From: Candidatus Roizmanbacteria bacterium RIFCSPLOWO2_01_FULL_41_22
Lineage (GTDB): Bacteria; Patescibacteriota; Microgenomatia; UBA1406; GWC2-37-13
Direction of reading: 5' to 3'
Length of the DNA stretch: 64,000 nucleotides
Assembly (NCBI GenBank): GCA_001789805.1
Contig: MGAR01000018.1
Coordinates: forward strand, 35,981 to 99,980
The number at the start of each line of letters is the position of its first letter. Positions within the stretch are counted from its first letter, which is position 1. Made by a program: the position numbers and the translations under genes. The notes beneath the pieces are model-generated. The model worked only from the letters and a program-made list of their open reading frames with translations, was not told the DNA's origin and made no database searches. This document shows positions 17,476-27,257 of the stretch, piece after piece.

Positions 17476-17998
17476 CATTCCTATCAATATGCAATCAAAG
17501 CTGGCGAGTCAGCTGCGGTTAATTAAAGAAGATTATCCGCAGTTTAGTTGGGTGCCTAAAGCCAATTTCCATATCACTATCCGTTATTTTGGAGAGGTGA
17601 ATAATGTGGAAAAGCTGAAAAAAAAGTTGGATCTGGCACTGTTTGATGTCCCGGCATTTTATCTATATTCGCAAGGCGCGGGAGTTTTTATTCAGCGGAG
17701 GATCCTCCTGCACATCCTCTTTCAAAGACAAAAAACCCTGGAAGCGCTGGCTGAGAAAGTAGACATTGCAGCGGAAGGGGTACGGTATTCCGAAAACCCC
17801 CCGTTTGTTCCCCATCTGACAATTGCCAGATATAAGATTCCGTCCCGTCAGCAGTATTTACATTTAAAAAAGAAGCTTGAACATTTGGATATTGATATCG
17901 AATTTCCTGTAGATAAGGTTGTTCTATATCAGAGTATCTTTCATGCTCAAGCTCCGGAGTATAAGCAAATTGCTGAATTTCCTTTGATAAAAGATTAA
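17453..17998 (+). CDS. thpR: RNA 2',3'-cyclic phosphodiesterase (2H family, ThpR/LigT)
   Basis: Two HxT motifs (FHITIRYFG and PHLTIARY) at the typical spacing. Confidence 0.8.
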   Translation: MQTFLAIDIPINMQSKLASQLRLIKEDYPQFSWVPKANFHITIRYFGEVNNVEKLKKKLDLALFDVPAFYLYSQGAGVFIQRRILLHILFQRQKTLEALAEKVDIAAEGVRYSENPPFVPHLTIARYKIPSRQQYLHLKKKLEHLDIDIEFPVDKVVLYQSIFHAQAPEYKQIAEFPLIKD

Positions 17999-18150
17999 CC
18001 CTTTTTGGGTAAAATTTTGAACATGCCTGTTCCACAAACTCCGCAAACTCCTTTCATCGCTCTTCTTTCTTTTCCGCCTTTACCCATTGTGGTCTCAGTC
18101 GCATTTTTCATCTCTCTTTTGGCTTTGCATTTAACACAGTAAGCTTCCAT
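17995..18150 (-). CDS. DUF5679-like zinc-ribbon mini-protein (51 aa)
   Basis: Own translation: MEAYCVKCKAKREMKNATETTMGKGGKERRAMKGVCGVCGTGMFKILPKKG, with CxxC...CxxC. Below the ORF-track size cut-off. It replaces the spurious 17688-18035 ORF. Confidence 0.65.
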   Translation of the reverse strand: MEAYCVKCKAKREMKNATETTMGKGGKERRAMKGVCGVCGTGMFKILPKKG

Positions 18151-18176
18151 TGATATATCACCCCCTTTCCAAAAAA

Positions 18177-18491
18177 TTAAAATGTAATTGCTCTTAACAC
18201 ACCTTGAGCGTTAAGCATATATAGAATAGCCTGTAAAGTCAATATGCCAGCGATTATAACAAGGCTTTTTTGGAAATCACGCTTAAAATACAGTTTGGTC
18301 TTTTCGAGTTCCGGATCCAGATGGGAGGCTGGTTTTTTTTCCGCAATCTGAGTTTGCGCCTTCATAACGGTCTTAACTTTTGCTGGCTGGGATATGGTTT
18401 TAGTCACTTGGGGAGGAAAATTTTTTGTCTGTTGTTTTTTCAGTTTGTGAAGTTTCACCGCTAGCTTGTCCCTTCTTGTTTTCCTTGGCAT
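18177..18491 (-). CDS. Hypothetical small basic protein with C-terminal TM helix
   Basis: From MPRKTRRDKL; hydrophobic segment SLVIIAGILTLQAILYML. Confidence 0.45.
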   Translation of the reverse strand: MPRKTRRDKLAVKLHKLKKQQTKNFPPQVTKTISQPAKVKTVMKAQTQIAEKKPASHLDPELEKTKLYFKRDFQKSLVIIAGILTLQAILYMLNAQGVLRAITF

Positions 18492-18564
18492 GCCAAATTG
18501 TAACCATATTGACACGATTTTGTAAAGAGGTTAAAATGAAGATCGTTAAAATTTTTTACGCAGT

Positions 18565-19809
18565 ATGTTGACTCAAAAGAAAGTTTTTATCTTTGCACTA
18601 GTATTTTTTGTACTTTCCGCCTTTGCTTCTTATAGCTATTTTTCCGTCACCTCTGCCGGTCAGGTCGATCAGAGTTCATATAAAAATCCGGCAAGTGATA
18701 ACATAGTGACCAGTAGCGATATTGCGCCCAACGACCCAAAAACCGAAGAATGTCCGTTAAACGGCCAGCTGTATTCCAAAGCGCAAAGAGCCCTGTGGGA
18801 CAAGCGAAGACCCTTGGGTATTATGGTGCAAAATAATGCCGAGGCCAGACCGCAATCTGGTTTATCATCAGCTGACGTTTTATATGAGGTAGTAGCAGAA
18901 GGCGGCATCACCCGTTTTTTGACCATCTTTTACTGTCAAAATCCCAAGATAGTGGGCTCTGTCAGATCGGCCCGTGTTTATTACATTACATTACTTCAAG
19001 GCTATGGCAATTATCCATTATATGCTCACGTCGGCGGTGCCAATACCCCCGGACCAGCCGATGCCTTGGGAGAGATAGGCGATTTGGGTTGGGTTGGGTA
19101 TAATGACCTAAATCAGTTTTCGGTACCTTTTCCGATATTTTGGCGTGACCCTGACCGATTACCAGGAAGGGCAACAGAGCATACTGTTTACGCGGACACC
19201 AATAAGCTGTGGCAGTACGCGGCTGAAAAAAGAGACTTGACCAATGTCGATGAAGAAGGCATTTCGTGGGATGAAGATTTCGCGAAATGGACCTTTAAAG
19301 ACGATGCTAAAGCAATTGACCGCGGTAATGTCAATTTTATTAGTTTTGGTTTTTGGGAACAGTTTGCTTCCGACTATAACATTATCTGGAAGTATAATAA
19401 AGAAGCTAATCTTTATCAGAGAGAAAACGGCGGTAAAGAACACATCGATTTTAATACCAAGAAACAACTTACAGGCAAAGATATCGTAGTTATTTTTGCT
19501 GATGAGCGAGCAGCCAACGACGGCTACGAAAACGGTCAGCATCTGTTATATGATTTACAGGGTACTGGAGACGCGCTAATCTTTCAGGATGGACAAGCGA
19601 TTGAGGGCACATGGAATAAGAAGAAACCAACTACCAACATGACTTTTTCCGACGAAAACGGTAAAGAAGTCGAGCTGGTTCGCGGCCAGGTCTGGGTTGA
19701 GATTTTGCCAACCGGGAACAAAGTGTCTTATGGCAAAACCATGAGCGAGATCACCAAGCCAGCAACAGATAAAAGTCAAAAGTCGGGAGGTAGTCAAACG
19801 GCCGAATAA
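18565..19809 (+). CDS. DUF3048/YerB-like secreted or lipoprotein
   Basis: N-terminal signal anchor. ARPQSGLSSADVLYEVVAEGGITRFLTIF is characteristic of DUF3048. Confidence 0.65.
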   Translation: MLTQKKVFIFALVFFVLSAFASYSYFSVTSAGQVDQSSYKNPASDNIVTSSDIAPNDPKTEECPLNGQLYSKAQRALWDKRRPLGIMVQNNAEARPQSGLSSADVLYEVVAEGGITRFLTIFYCQNPKIVGSVRSARVYYITLLQGYGNYPLYAHVGGANTPGPADALGEIGDLGWVGYNDLNQFSVPFPIFWRDPDRLPGRATEHTVYADTNKLWQYAAEKRDLTNVDEEGISWDEDFAKWTFKDDAKAIDRGNVNFISFGFWEQFASDYNIIWKYNKEANLYQRENGGKEHIDFNTKKQLTGKDIVVIFADERAANDGYENGQHLLYDLQGTGDALIFQDGQAIEGTWNKKKPTTNMTFSDENGKEVELVRGQVWVEILPTGNKVSYGKTMSEITKPATDKSQKSGGSQTAE

Positions 19810-19834
19810 GATTGACATTTAAGATATTTTTATC

Positions 19835-20410
19835 ATGCTCGAACACATCATCCCTTCTAAAGCCAGGCGTAAAATCATGCAGCTTTTTTTCCAACATCCG
19901 CAGGATTCTTATTATTTGCGAGACATCGTCAGGCGGGTTAAAGAAGAAGTGAACGCTGTCAAACGCGAGCTTGATATTCTTACCGAAGGCAAAGTGCTTT
20001 TACGGGAAAAAAGATTAAATAAAGTTTTTTACTCGCTTAGTAAAAATTATATTTTTTATGATGAGTTTTTACGCATTTTTACAAAAACTAACAATCTGGC
20101 AGTGTTAATTTACAAAAATCTACCCAGAATCGGAAAAGTGAAATTTATTTCCTTATCAACAAATTATCCAAAAAGACAAGAAATCAAGGAAGACGAGATC
20201 TATCTATTGTTTGTGGGAGTGATTGTTGCTCCCGAGGTGTCATCCATCGTCAAGCAGGTTGAGGAGGAATTTGGCCGGGAGATCAATTACACCATTATGA
20301 CCGAAGACGAACTGCAGTTTCGGAAAAAAAACAACGATCCTTTTATCTGGCGTTTTCTTAAACAAGCCAAGATTATGTTAGTCGGGACAGAGGAGGAACT
20401 GCTGAAATGA
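19835..20410 (+). CDS. Winged-helix transcriptional regulator-like protein
   Basis: N-terminal ARRKIMQLFFQHPQDSYYLRDIVRRVKEEVNAVKRELDILTEGKVL resembles ArsR/MarR-type wHTH. Has a 4-nt overlap with secD. Confidence 0.5.
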   Translation: MLEHIIPSKARRKIMQLFFQHPQDSYYLRDIVRRVKEEVNAVKRELDILTEGKVLLREKRLNKVFYSLSKNYIFYDEFLRIFTKTNNLAVLIYKNLPRIGKVKFISLSTNYPKRQEIKEDEIYLLFVGVIVAPEVSSIVKQVEEEFGREINYTIMTEDELQFRKKNNDPFIWRFLKQAKIMLVGTEEELLK

Positions 20411-21771
20411 AGATTCTCTGGTATCTGCTGGTGATTACGATTACCTTCCTTATTATCTGGATCGATTTACCAGAAAATCTGCCTGTTCGTTTCCAAATCA
20501 GGAGTCTCAAGGTTAACCAAACCATCAATCCGTTAACAATCGATCTTTTTAATCATAGTATTAAAAAAGAGTTTCGTACCAAACTGGGGCTTGACCTTAA
20601 GGGTGGCAGCCATTTGGTGTTTGATGCGGACACTGCAAAAATAAAGCCGGAAGATCTGCAGGATGCGTTAAACTCCACCCGCGACATTATTGAAAAACGG
20701 GTGAATCTGTTTGGTGTTTCCGAGCCGGTTGTGCAGACAGTTAAATCGGGCAGTCAGTACAGAATTACCGTTGATTTGCCCGGACTGCAAGATGTGTCAG
20801 AAGCTGTTGGCCTGATCGGCCAGACCGCCAGCCTGACTTTCAAAGAAAGCGGAACAATGTCGGCAAAAGTGGCGACTCAATATGCGCAGTTTAAAGATTA
20901 TTTTGAACTGACCAAAGATACCGGACTGGTAGGTAAGCATATCAAAAAAGCCACAGTGGACTTTAACTCTCAAAACGGACAGCCTCAGGTGGCGCTTAGC
21001 TTTAATGAGGAAGGAAAAAAACTATTTGGCGAAATCACCACCACCAATGTCGGTAAAAAGGTAGGAATTTTTATAGATCAATTTTTGATATCTGCGCCGG
21101 TCGTCCAACAGCCTATTACCGACGGTAATGCAGTAATATCGGGCAATTTTACTTTGGAGACAGCCAAACAACTGGCGATAGCCATCAACTCAGGCGCGCT
21201 ACCAGTCTCGGTGAAGCTGGTTGAGCAGCGTAATGTTGGCCCGTCTTTGGGGGAGACCGAGATCCAAAAGAGCGTTACTGCTGGTATGGTAGGTCTTTTT
21301 CTGGTGATGTTATTTATGGTTATCTATTATGGGAGATTGGGTGTTATTGCTTGTCTTGCTCTTGTTATTTATGGTTTGATATCTTTTGCGATATTTAGAG
21401 CAATACCGGTAGTGCTGACTTTGCCAGGTGTGGCTGGTTTTATATTGTCAATTGGCATGGCGGTTGATTCCAATATTCTTATTTTTGAGCGAATCAAAGA
21501 AGAGCAGAGAAAGGGAAAAGAGTTTGAAATAGCGGTGCGTTTGGGATTTGGCCGGGCGATTGACGCCATCAAAGACGCCAATATTACTACGCTTCTGGTA
21601 GCTTTTATTCTTTTTAATCCGTTAAATTGGGAATTTTTACCACAGTTTGGGATGGTAAGAGGTTTTGCTCTGACCCTGGCTATTGGCGTTGCCACTAGTC
21701 TGTTTACCGGTGTTGTGATTACCAAACGACTGATTCGGGTATTTTATAAACAGAAATTAAACGATAAATAG
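20407..21771 (+). CDS. secD: Protein translocase subunit SecD
   Basis: Periplasmic P1 domain followed by a 6-TM block with LPGVAGFILSIGMAVDSNILIFERIKEE. Confidence 0.9.
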   Translation: MKILWYLLVITITFLIIWIDLPENLPVRFQIRSLKVNQTINPLTIDLFNHSIKKEFRTKLGLDLKGGSHLVFDADTAKIKPEDLQDALNSTRDIIEKRVNLFGVSEPVVQTVKSGSQYRITVDLPGLQDVSEAVGLIGQTASLTFKESGTMSAKVATQYAQFKDYFELTKDTGLVGKHIKKATVDFNSQNGQPQVALSFNEEGKKLFGEITTTNVGKKVGIFIDQFLISAPVVQQPITDGNAVISGNFTLETAKQLAIAINSGALPVSVKLVEQRNVGPSLGETEIQKSVTAGMVGLFLVMLFMVIYYGRLGVIACLALVIYGLISFAIFRAIPVVLTLPGVAGFILSIGMAVDSNILIFERIKEEQRKGKEFEIAVRLGFGRAIDAIKDANITTLLVAFILFNPLNWEFLPQFGMVRGFALTLAIGVATSLFTGVVITKRLIRVFYKQKLNDK

Positions 21772-21811
21772 TCATTAAAAATTGAAAATAGAAAATTAAG
21801 AGTGATTTTAT

Positions 21812-21940
21812 CTTAAAACTTAAATCTAATAACTCAAATCCACAACCAAAAACTGTTTATCTTAACCCAAGATTTGTGATTTATGATTTAAGATTTAAGT
21901 TGTGGATATTAATTTTGAGATCTAAGTTTTGAGTTTGGAT
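21812..21940. repeat. Word-repeat palindromic intergenic element, family P, copy 2
   Basis: ATCCACAAC...GTTGTGGAT arms. About 87% identical to copy 1 over roughly 83 nt. It splits secD from secF. Confidence 0.7.
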
Positions 21941-21948
21941 TAAATCTT

Positions 21949-22812
21949 ATGGTTGATTTTCTCAAATATACTAAAGTTTACGCGATTATTTCTGCACTGG
22001 TGATATTTGCCGGTGTTTTTTCCATTGTCAACTGGGGCTATCGTTATTCGATTGACTTTGTCGGCGGGACAAACCTGGGTTATCAAATCAATAAAGATAT
22101 CCCGCAGGACCAGATCAGAAAGCTTATAGAAAAGCAAAAGGTCAGCGTTTTGGAGACCCGTAAAAACGGACAAACATATTCCATCAGGACTAAAGCAATT
22201 AATGAAAAGCAGGAACTGGCAGTACGGACAGCTTTGGAAAATCAGTTTAAGATAAAGGTAAACGTCTTAAGATCAGAAACAGTGGGCCCAACGATCGGTA
22301 AGGAAACTATTCAAAAAACTACTATTGCCTCAGTCATTGCGGTAATTGGAATCCTGTTTTATATGAGTTATGCGTTTAAGAACGTCAATTTTGCGCTGGC
22401 GGCTATTGTGGCGCTGATTCATGACGTATTAGTGATGGTCGGCAGTTATTCCCTGATGTCTCATTTTTTTGGTGCTGAACTAGACACGCTTTTTGTCACC
22501 GCCCTTCTTACCACCATGTCATTTTCCGTGCACGATACCATCATTGTTTTTGACAAGATTCGCGAGTACACAAAGACAAAGGGAAGAGGCGAGATAGAGG
22601 AGTATGCTAATATAGCGCTGACTGAGACGTTGGTTCGTTCGCTTAATAACTCCATGACCATAGTATTTATGCTTTTAGCCCTGGTACTGCTTGGCGGATC
22701 AACTGTCCGCTTTTTTGCCGCTACACTTCTAATCGGTACAATCACCGGTACTTATTCGTCGCCGTTTGTGGCAACGCCAGTGGCCGTGTGGCTGGAGAAG
22801 AGGAAAAAGTAA
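21949..22812 (+). CDS. secF: Protein translocase subunit SecF
   Basis: GIDFVGGT N-terminal motif; 6 TM segments; HDTIIVFDKIRE. Confidence 0.9.
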   Translation: MVDFLKYTKVYAIISALVIFAGVFSIVNWGYRYSIDFVGGTNLGYQINKDIPQDQIRKLIEKQKVSVLETRKNGQTYSIRTKAINEKQELAVRTALENQFKIKVNVLRSETVGPTIGKETIQKTTIASVIAVIGILFYMSYAFKNVNFALAAIVALIHDVLVMVGSYSLMSHFFGAELDTLFVTALLTTMSFSVHDTIIVFDKIREYTKTKGRGEIEEYANIALTETLVRSLNNSMTIVFMLLALVLLGGSTVRFFAATLLIGTITGTYSSPFVATPVAVWLEKRKK

Positions 22813-22912
22813 TTCACTTCCTCAGAGTCAATCTAACTGCGTGAGAATAAAATCGACGATTTTTTTTGATATGTTCTTGGAAGTTCATATTGCTGGTAAA
22901 ATTATAGCAGAA

Positions 22913-23527
22913 ATGGAAATATTAACTTTTTCACTCGGGCAGCTGCAGGCCAACTGCTATTTGGTGATTGAAGACAAACAATGTCTGATTATTGATCCGG
23001 CCGATTCGGCGGAATTTATCCTAGAAGAAATCGCGCGGCGAAGTCTTCAGCTAATTGGTTTACTGGCGACTCATGGTCATTTTGACCATCTGATGGCCGT
23101 TGGCGAGATACAATTATCTTTTCCTAAACTACCTTTATATATTCATCCCAAAGATAATTTTTTAGTTAAAAGGTTAAATGAAACGGCAAAGTATTTTTTG
23201 GGTCAAAAAACTGAGGTTGTCTTGCCACAAAAGTGCGAGCCGTTAGCAGAAGGTCAACTGGCCATTGATAATTTTAAATTTCAAGTGATTTTTACTCCCG
23301 GTCACACGCCGGGAGGGTGCAGTTATTATTTCCCCAAAGAGGCAGTTGTTTTTACAGGGGATACATTATTTAGTAACTCAATAGGCAGATATGACTTTTC
23401 CTACAGTAGCAAAGGCGCGTTAATAAAATCAGTCGAAAAAATTTTGAGATTGCCGGAGACAACGACTATTTATCCCGGGCATGGTGAGGTCACCTTAGTC
23501 CAAACAGAAAAAGTCGGGGGATATTAG
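22913..23527 (+). CDS. MBL-fold metallo-hydrolase (glyoxalase II-like)
   Basis: From MEILTFSLGQLQANCYLV; THGHFDH motif; later GHTPG. Confidence 0.8.
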   Translation: MEILTFSLGQLQANCYLVIEDKQCLIIDPADSAEFILEEIARRSLQLIGLLATHGHFDHLMAVGEIQLSFPKLPLYIHPKDNFLVKRLNETAKYFLGQKTEVVLPQKCEPLAEGQLAIDNFKFQVIFTPGHTPGGCSYYFPKEAVVFTGDTLFSNSIGRYDFSYSSKGALIKSVEKILRLPETTTIYPGHGEVTLVQTEKVGGY

Positions 23528-24873
23528 GCATTTTTTGGAAATTGTTTGATCCTAGAAAGCAGTTTACTACGGTCATTTTTTATTTTGTCTTCCACCACTT
23601 CCTCAAACACCCGTTTGAGTATGGCGCCGACCTGCGGGCCGGGTTTGACGCCAAGCGTCCTCATCACATCATGTCCGTCGATTTTCAGGTCAGTCACTTT
23701 AAAAGGCTCTTTTTGCACCTCAATTAACCGTTTTTTAAACAGCTCATACCGCCAGGACGTGGGTTTGGCTCCTGAACCTAATCTGTCTCCGGTTCGCAAA
23801 GCCAGCATGTTCTCCAGATTATTTTTCCCAACTTCGCGGATAAAGCGGCGGACTGCTTTGTCAGTCTGCAGTTCGCTAACCGTAAACTGATGGTATTTCA
23901 CAAGGAGCACTAATCGATCTTTTTCCTTGTTGGAAAGCCTAAAGCGCTCAGCAATCTCTAGGGCTTGTTTGGTGCCAACTACCTCGTGATTGAAAAATGT
24001 GATCAGTTGGCTTGTTGGATCTTTCCGGTAAGTCTTGGCTTTGCCGATATCGTGAATCAGGGTAGCAAACCGCGTGATCACATCGTCTGACGGGCAATGT
24101 TTGAGGGACATTACCAAATGAGTCCCGACATCATAAACATGGTGTCTTAATGGGCTTTTTTGTTGAATTGCAAAACAGACGTCAAGCTCGGGTAAGATGT
24201 ATTTTAATAATTGTGAAGTGCGCAAAAACAACACTCCTTCGGCCGGGTGCTTGGACGACAAAATTTTAAAAAATTCTTCACGAATTCGCTCCCAGGAAAC
24301 ATGTTTGATAAGCGGGGCGTTTTTACTGATCGCTTCGCGGGTTTTCTCCTCAATCATAAATCCCAACTGTGAGGCTAATCGGACTGCCCGCATGAGCCGA
24401 AGCGCATCCTCGCCAAACCGTTTGTCCGGATCACCAACTGCTACAATCAATTTTTTTTCCAGATCTTGGCGGCCAAAAAAAGGATCAATGATATTTTTGC
24501 CATCATAGGCTATGGCGCTGATGGTAAAATCGCGGCGGGCAAGATCTTCTTTTAGATCGTCTGACCACTCGATTTTTTCCGGATGCCGCTTATTGCCGTA
24601 GTTAGATTCGCGGCGGAAGGTGGTGACTTCAAAAACGAAGTCATCTGCGTCTATCTTTTGCGGTATTCCCACAGTGCCAAACTGGTTATTGTAAAAACCA
24701 TCAGGAAAGATTTGGAGAATTTGATCAGGTGTGGCATTGGTGGTAAAATCCCAGTTTGACACAGGTTCCTCAAGGAGTAGGTGACGCACAGCACCTCCTA
24801 CAACATAGATCTGAAATCCATCTTTTTGAAATACCTTAAGAAAGTCGGTAACGAATACTGGTAATTTAGTCAT
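23524..24873 (-). CDS. cca: CCA-adding enzyme / tRNA nucleotidyltransferase with HD domain
   Basis: VVGGAVRHLLL head domain, RRDFTISA motif, and HD region (LIHDIGK). Confidence 0.85.
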   Translation of the reverse strand: MTKLPVFVTDFLKVFQKDGFQIYVVGGAVRHLLLEEPVSNWDFTTNATPDQILQIFPDGFYNNQFGTVGIPQKIDADDFVFEVTTFRRESNYGNKRHPEKIEWSDDLKEDLARRDFTISAIAYDGKNIIDPFFGRQDLEKKLIVAVGDPDKRFGEDALRLMRAVRLASQLGFMIEEKTREAISKNAPLIKHVSWERIREEFFKILSSKHPAEGVLFLRTSQLLKYILPELDVCFAIQQKSPLRHHVYDVGTHLVMSLKHCPSDDVITRFATLIHDIGKAKTYRKDPTSQLITFFNHEVVGTKQALEIAERFRLSNKEKDRLVLLVKYHQFTVSELQTDKAVRRFIREVGKNNLENMLALRTGDRLGSGAKPTSWRYELFKKRLIEVQKEPFKVTDLKIDGHDVMRTLGVKPGPQVGAILKRVFEEVVEDKIKNDRSKLLSRIKQFPKNA

Positions 24874-24919
24874 GCAGATATTATAAACGACTTTGTTTGG
24901 AACTTGTTTAGTATAGCGT

Positions 24920-25459
24920 TTACTGGTTATATAATAGCTGGCGGACTTTGTCCAAAGTACGATGATATATAGGGCATTTAGTCTTTTTCAAGGCATGATT
25001 GATACTCATCCATTTGGCGTCGTAATATTCTTTTTTGCTAAACTGAAAGGGGATCGTATCCTGCATGTATATTAAATACCAGAAATCATAATGTGTCCGA
25101 CAACTGAGGCGAGGATTAGAAATCTTTAATATTGTGAGGTTAAATAGTATATGTGCTTCGTTTGTTAATGGGTGGTGCAGTTCTTCTATCATTTCCCGAC
25201 TGACAGTCTCTGTAGGTTGTTCATTTCCTTCAATGTGTCCACCCGGAGGAATCCAGTCAGCAGCTTTTTTATGATGACCCAAATAAATTTGTCTAGAAGG
25301 TAAATGGAGAGGTAAAAAAAACACGCAAAGATGCGATTTGGAATTTGTCTTTTGCACATGGTATTTGTTTAGTTGAATAAAATTCAAAAATTGTCGCCGC
25401 GTTTTTGGATCGGTTTTTCCTGATACTAAGTCAACCAAACTGAGAAAGTGTTTTTTCAT
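24920..25459 (-). CDS. NUDIX hydrolase
   Basis: Nudix box GGHIEGNEQPTETVSREMIEEL. Confidence 0.7.
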   Translation of the reverse strand: MKKHFLSLVDLVSGKTDPKTRRQFLNFIQLNKYHVQKTNSKSHLCVFFLPLHLPSRQIYLGHHKKAADWIPPGGHIEGNEQPTETVSREMIEELHHPLTNEAHILFNLTILKISNPRLSCRTHYDFWYLIYMQDTIPFQFSKKEYYDAKWMSINHALKKTKCPIYHRTLDKVRQLLYNQ

Positions 25460-26298
25460 TTATTATTTGCCAATGATTTTAAAATGTCGATGTTTTGCTT
25501 GTCTGGACCTTGATTGTCAAAACCCGGCGTTTCGATAATAAACGGTAGATTTTTAGTTTGCGGATGATTTATGAGGATGCGGAAAGATTCCAAACCTATT
25601 TTTCCTTGCCCGATGTTTTCATGGCGGTCACGAAGTGCACCAAACTCGTCTTTACTGTCATTCACGTGCCATAGCTCCAGTTTGTCAAGACCGACTTTAT
25701 GGTCAAATTCCGCCAAGAAATGGTCAAGTTTAAGCTTGGTTGACAAGTTATAACCGGCGGCATGTAAATGGCAAGTGTCCAGGCAAACCATTACTTGTGG
25801 CTCATTCACATCGTGTACAATCCGGCCAATCTCCTCTATGGTCTGGCCGATTTTCCGGTTACCGGCATTCTCGATGATAAATAGTGTTTGCTTGGGTGTT
25901 TGTTTTAATACCTCTTTGATATTGCTGATCAAAATCTGATATTTTTCCTGATTGACATCTTCCTTAAATGAACCTAGGTGAACAACACTCCCTTTAATAC
26001 CCATTTTGGCGGCTAGGCAAAGCTCGTTGATAAGGCTTTTTTTGGAAAGTCGGCCCACTTGGCCATTGTTTGCCAGATTAATAAGATAAGAGGCGTGGAA
26101 ATAAACTGGGGTAATCTGAAGCTTATTTTTTTCAATAATAAATTGTTGTATTGTCGGCTCATCAACTGAAGCAAAACTCCAACTGCGGGGAGAGGAAGAA
26201 AAAATCTGCAAGGTATTGCCGCCTTTTTGGGCGATTCTTTGCATGGCCATATGGTAACCACCGGCAATCGATTGATGTGCACCGATTTTCCTTGTCAT
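25456..26298 (-). CDS. nfo: Deoxyribonuclease IV (endonuclease IV)
   Basis: From MTRKIGAHQS; TIM-barrel AP endonuclease 2 motifs (HASYLINLA, VCLDTCHLHAAGY, HVNDSK). Confidence 0.85.
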   Translation of the reverse strand: MTRKIGAHQSIAGGYHMAMQRIAQKGGNTLQIFSSSPRSWSFASVDEPTIQQFIIEKNKLQITPVYFHASYLINLANNGQVGRLSKKSLINELCLAAKMGIKGSVVHLGSFKEDVNQEKYQILISNIKEVLKQTPKQTLFIIENAGNRKIGQTIEEIGRIVHDVNEPQVMVCLDTCHLHAAGYNLSTKLKLDHFLAEFDHKVGLDKLELWHVNDSKDEFGALRDRHENIGQGKIGLESFRILINHPQTKNLPFIIETPGFDNQGPDKQNIDILKSLANNK

Positions 26299-26389
26299 AC
26301 TGTAATAATATCTAAAATATTTGGCGATATCTGTCACATATGGCAATAAGCGATCTACTGCCTGGTAATTGGGTAAAGCAATTTCCCGC

Positions 26390-26426
26390 TTGACAAATAT
26401 TAGCAGACTTATTATATTATTGCTAA
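26390..26426 (+). promoter_or_regulatory. Sigma-70-like promoter overlapped by a degenerate CIRCE-like inverted repeat
   Basis: TTGACA (26390-26395), 17-nt spacer, TATATT (26413-26418). TTAGCAGAC-N9-TATTGCTAA (26400-26426) compares with CIRCE TTAGCACTC-N9-GAGTGCTAA. Located 47 nt upstream of hrcA. Confidence 0.6.
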
Positions 26427-26472
26427 TAATTTCGTCAAAGGCTCACTTAATACGAGCCTAGACGCCAATAAT

Positions 26473-27213
26473 ATGGAAGATATTACCCAGAGACAGATTG
26501 ATATTTTAAAGGTCATTATTCAAGAATATACAGCTACCGGCGAGCCGGTGGGATCGGAGGTCGTCGAGAAGAAATATAAACTGGGTATATCGCCGGCTAC
26601 CATCCGCAACGAGATGGTTGATCTTTCCAAGAAAGACTACCTAAAAAAAACCCATTTTTCATCAGGTCGGGTACCATCAGCTAAAGGTTTCCGTTTCTAT
26701 ATCAAAAACCTGATGCATGAAAAAGAGTTGTCCACCATCGACGAGGTGGCCTATAAAAACAGCATCTGGGATGACAGAACCGAGACACATCGTCTGCTTT
26801 CCCACGCTACTAAAACATTAGCCGCACGCACTGGGCTTATATCTTTATCAACCACCAGTAGCGGTGATCTATATTATTCGGGTGTTGGTAATTTACTTAA
26901 TAAAGAAGAATTTTTCAATCTGGATTTATCAAAAAGTCTGTTTGAACTTTTAGACGAAGGCAATTTCTGGGATGGAATACTTAGACATTTTTACGTATCT
27001 GAAGAAGATATTATGTTTATGCTAGGGGAGGAAGATTTTCGCAGCCCGGAATTTGAGTCTTGTGCCAGTATTTTTGGCGAGTTTGAAGGCGCTAATATTA
27101 AAGGCATTATCGGAGTAGTGGGGCCAAAAAGAATGTTGTGGGACGAAGTGATGCCACAGGTAAGGTATATCTCCAGTTTGTTGGGCGAGATTATCCGTCA
27201 GCAAAAAGCATAA
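26473..27213 (+). CDS. hrcA: Heat-inducible repressor HrcA (short form, 246 aa)
   Basis: N-terminal wHTH: RQIDILKVIIQEYTATGEPVGSE...ISPATIRNEM. First gene of the hrcA-grpE-dnaK-dnaJ order. Confidence 0.8.
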   Translation: MEDITQRQIDILKVIIQEYTATGEPVGSEVVEKKYKLGISPATIRNEMVDLSKKDYLKKTHFSSGRVPSAKGFRFYIKNLMHEKELSTIDEVAYKNSIWDDRTETHRLLSHATKTLAARTGLISLSTTSSGDLYYSGVGNLLNKEEFFNLDLSKSLFELLDEGNFWDGILRHFYVSEEDIMFMLGEEDFRSPEFESCASIFGEFEGANIKGIIGVVGPKRMLWDEVMPQVRYISSLLGEIIRQQKA

Positions 27214-27257
27214 ATACAGAATAAGCAAGTTAAACTAATATTAATCGGTTTTATCGT

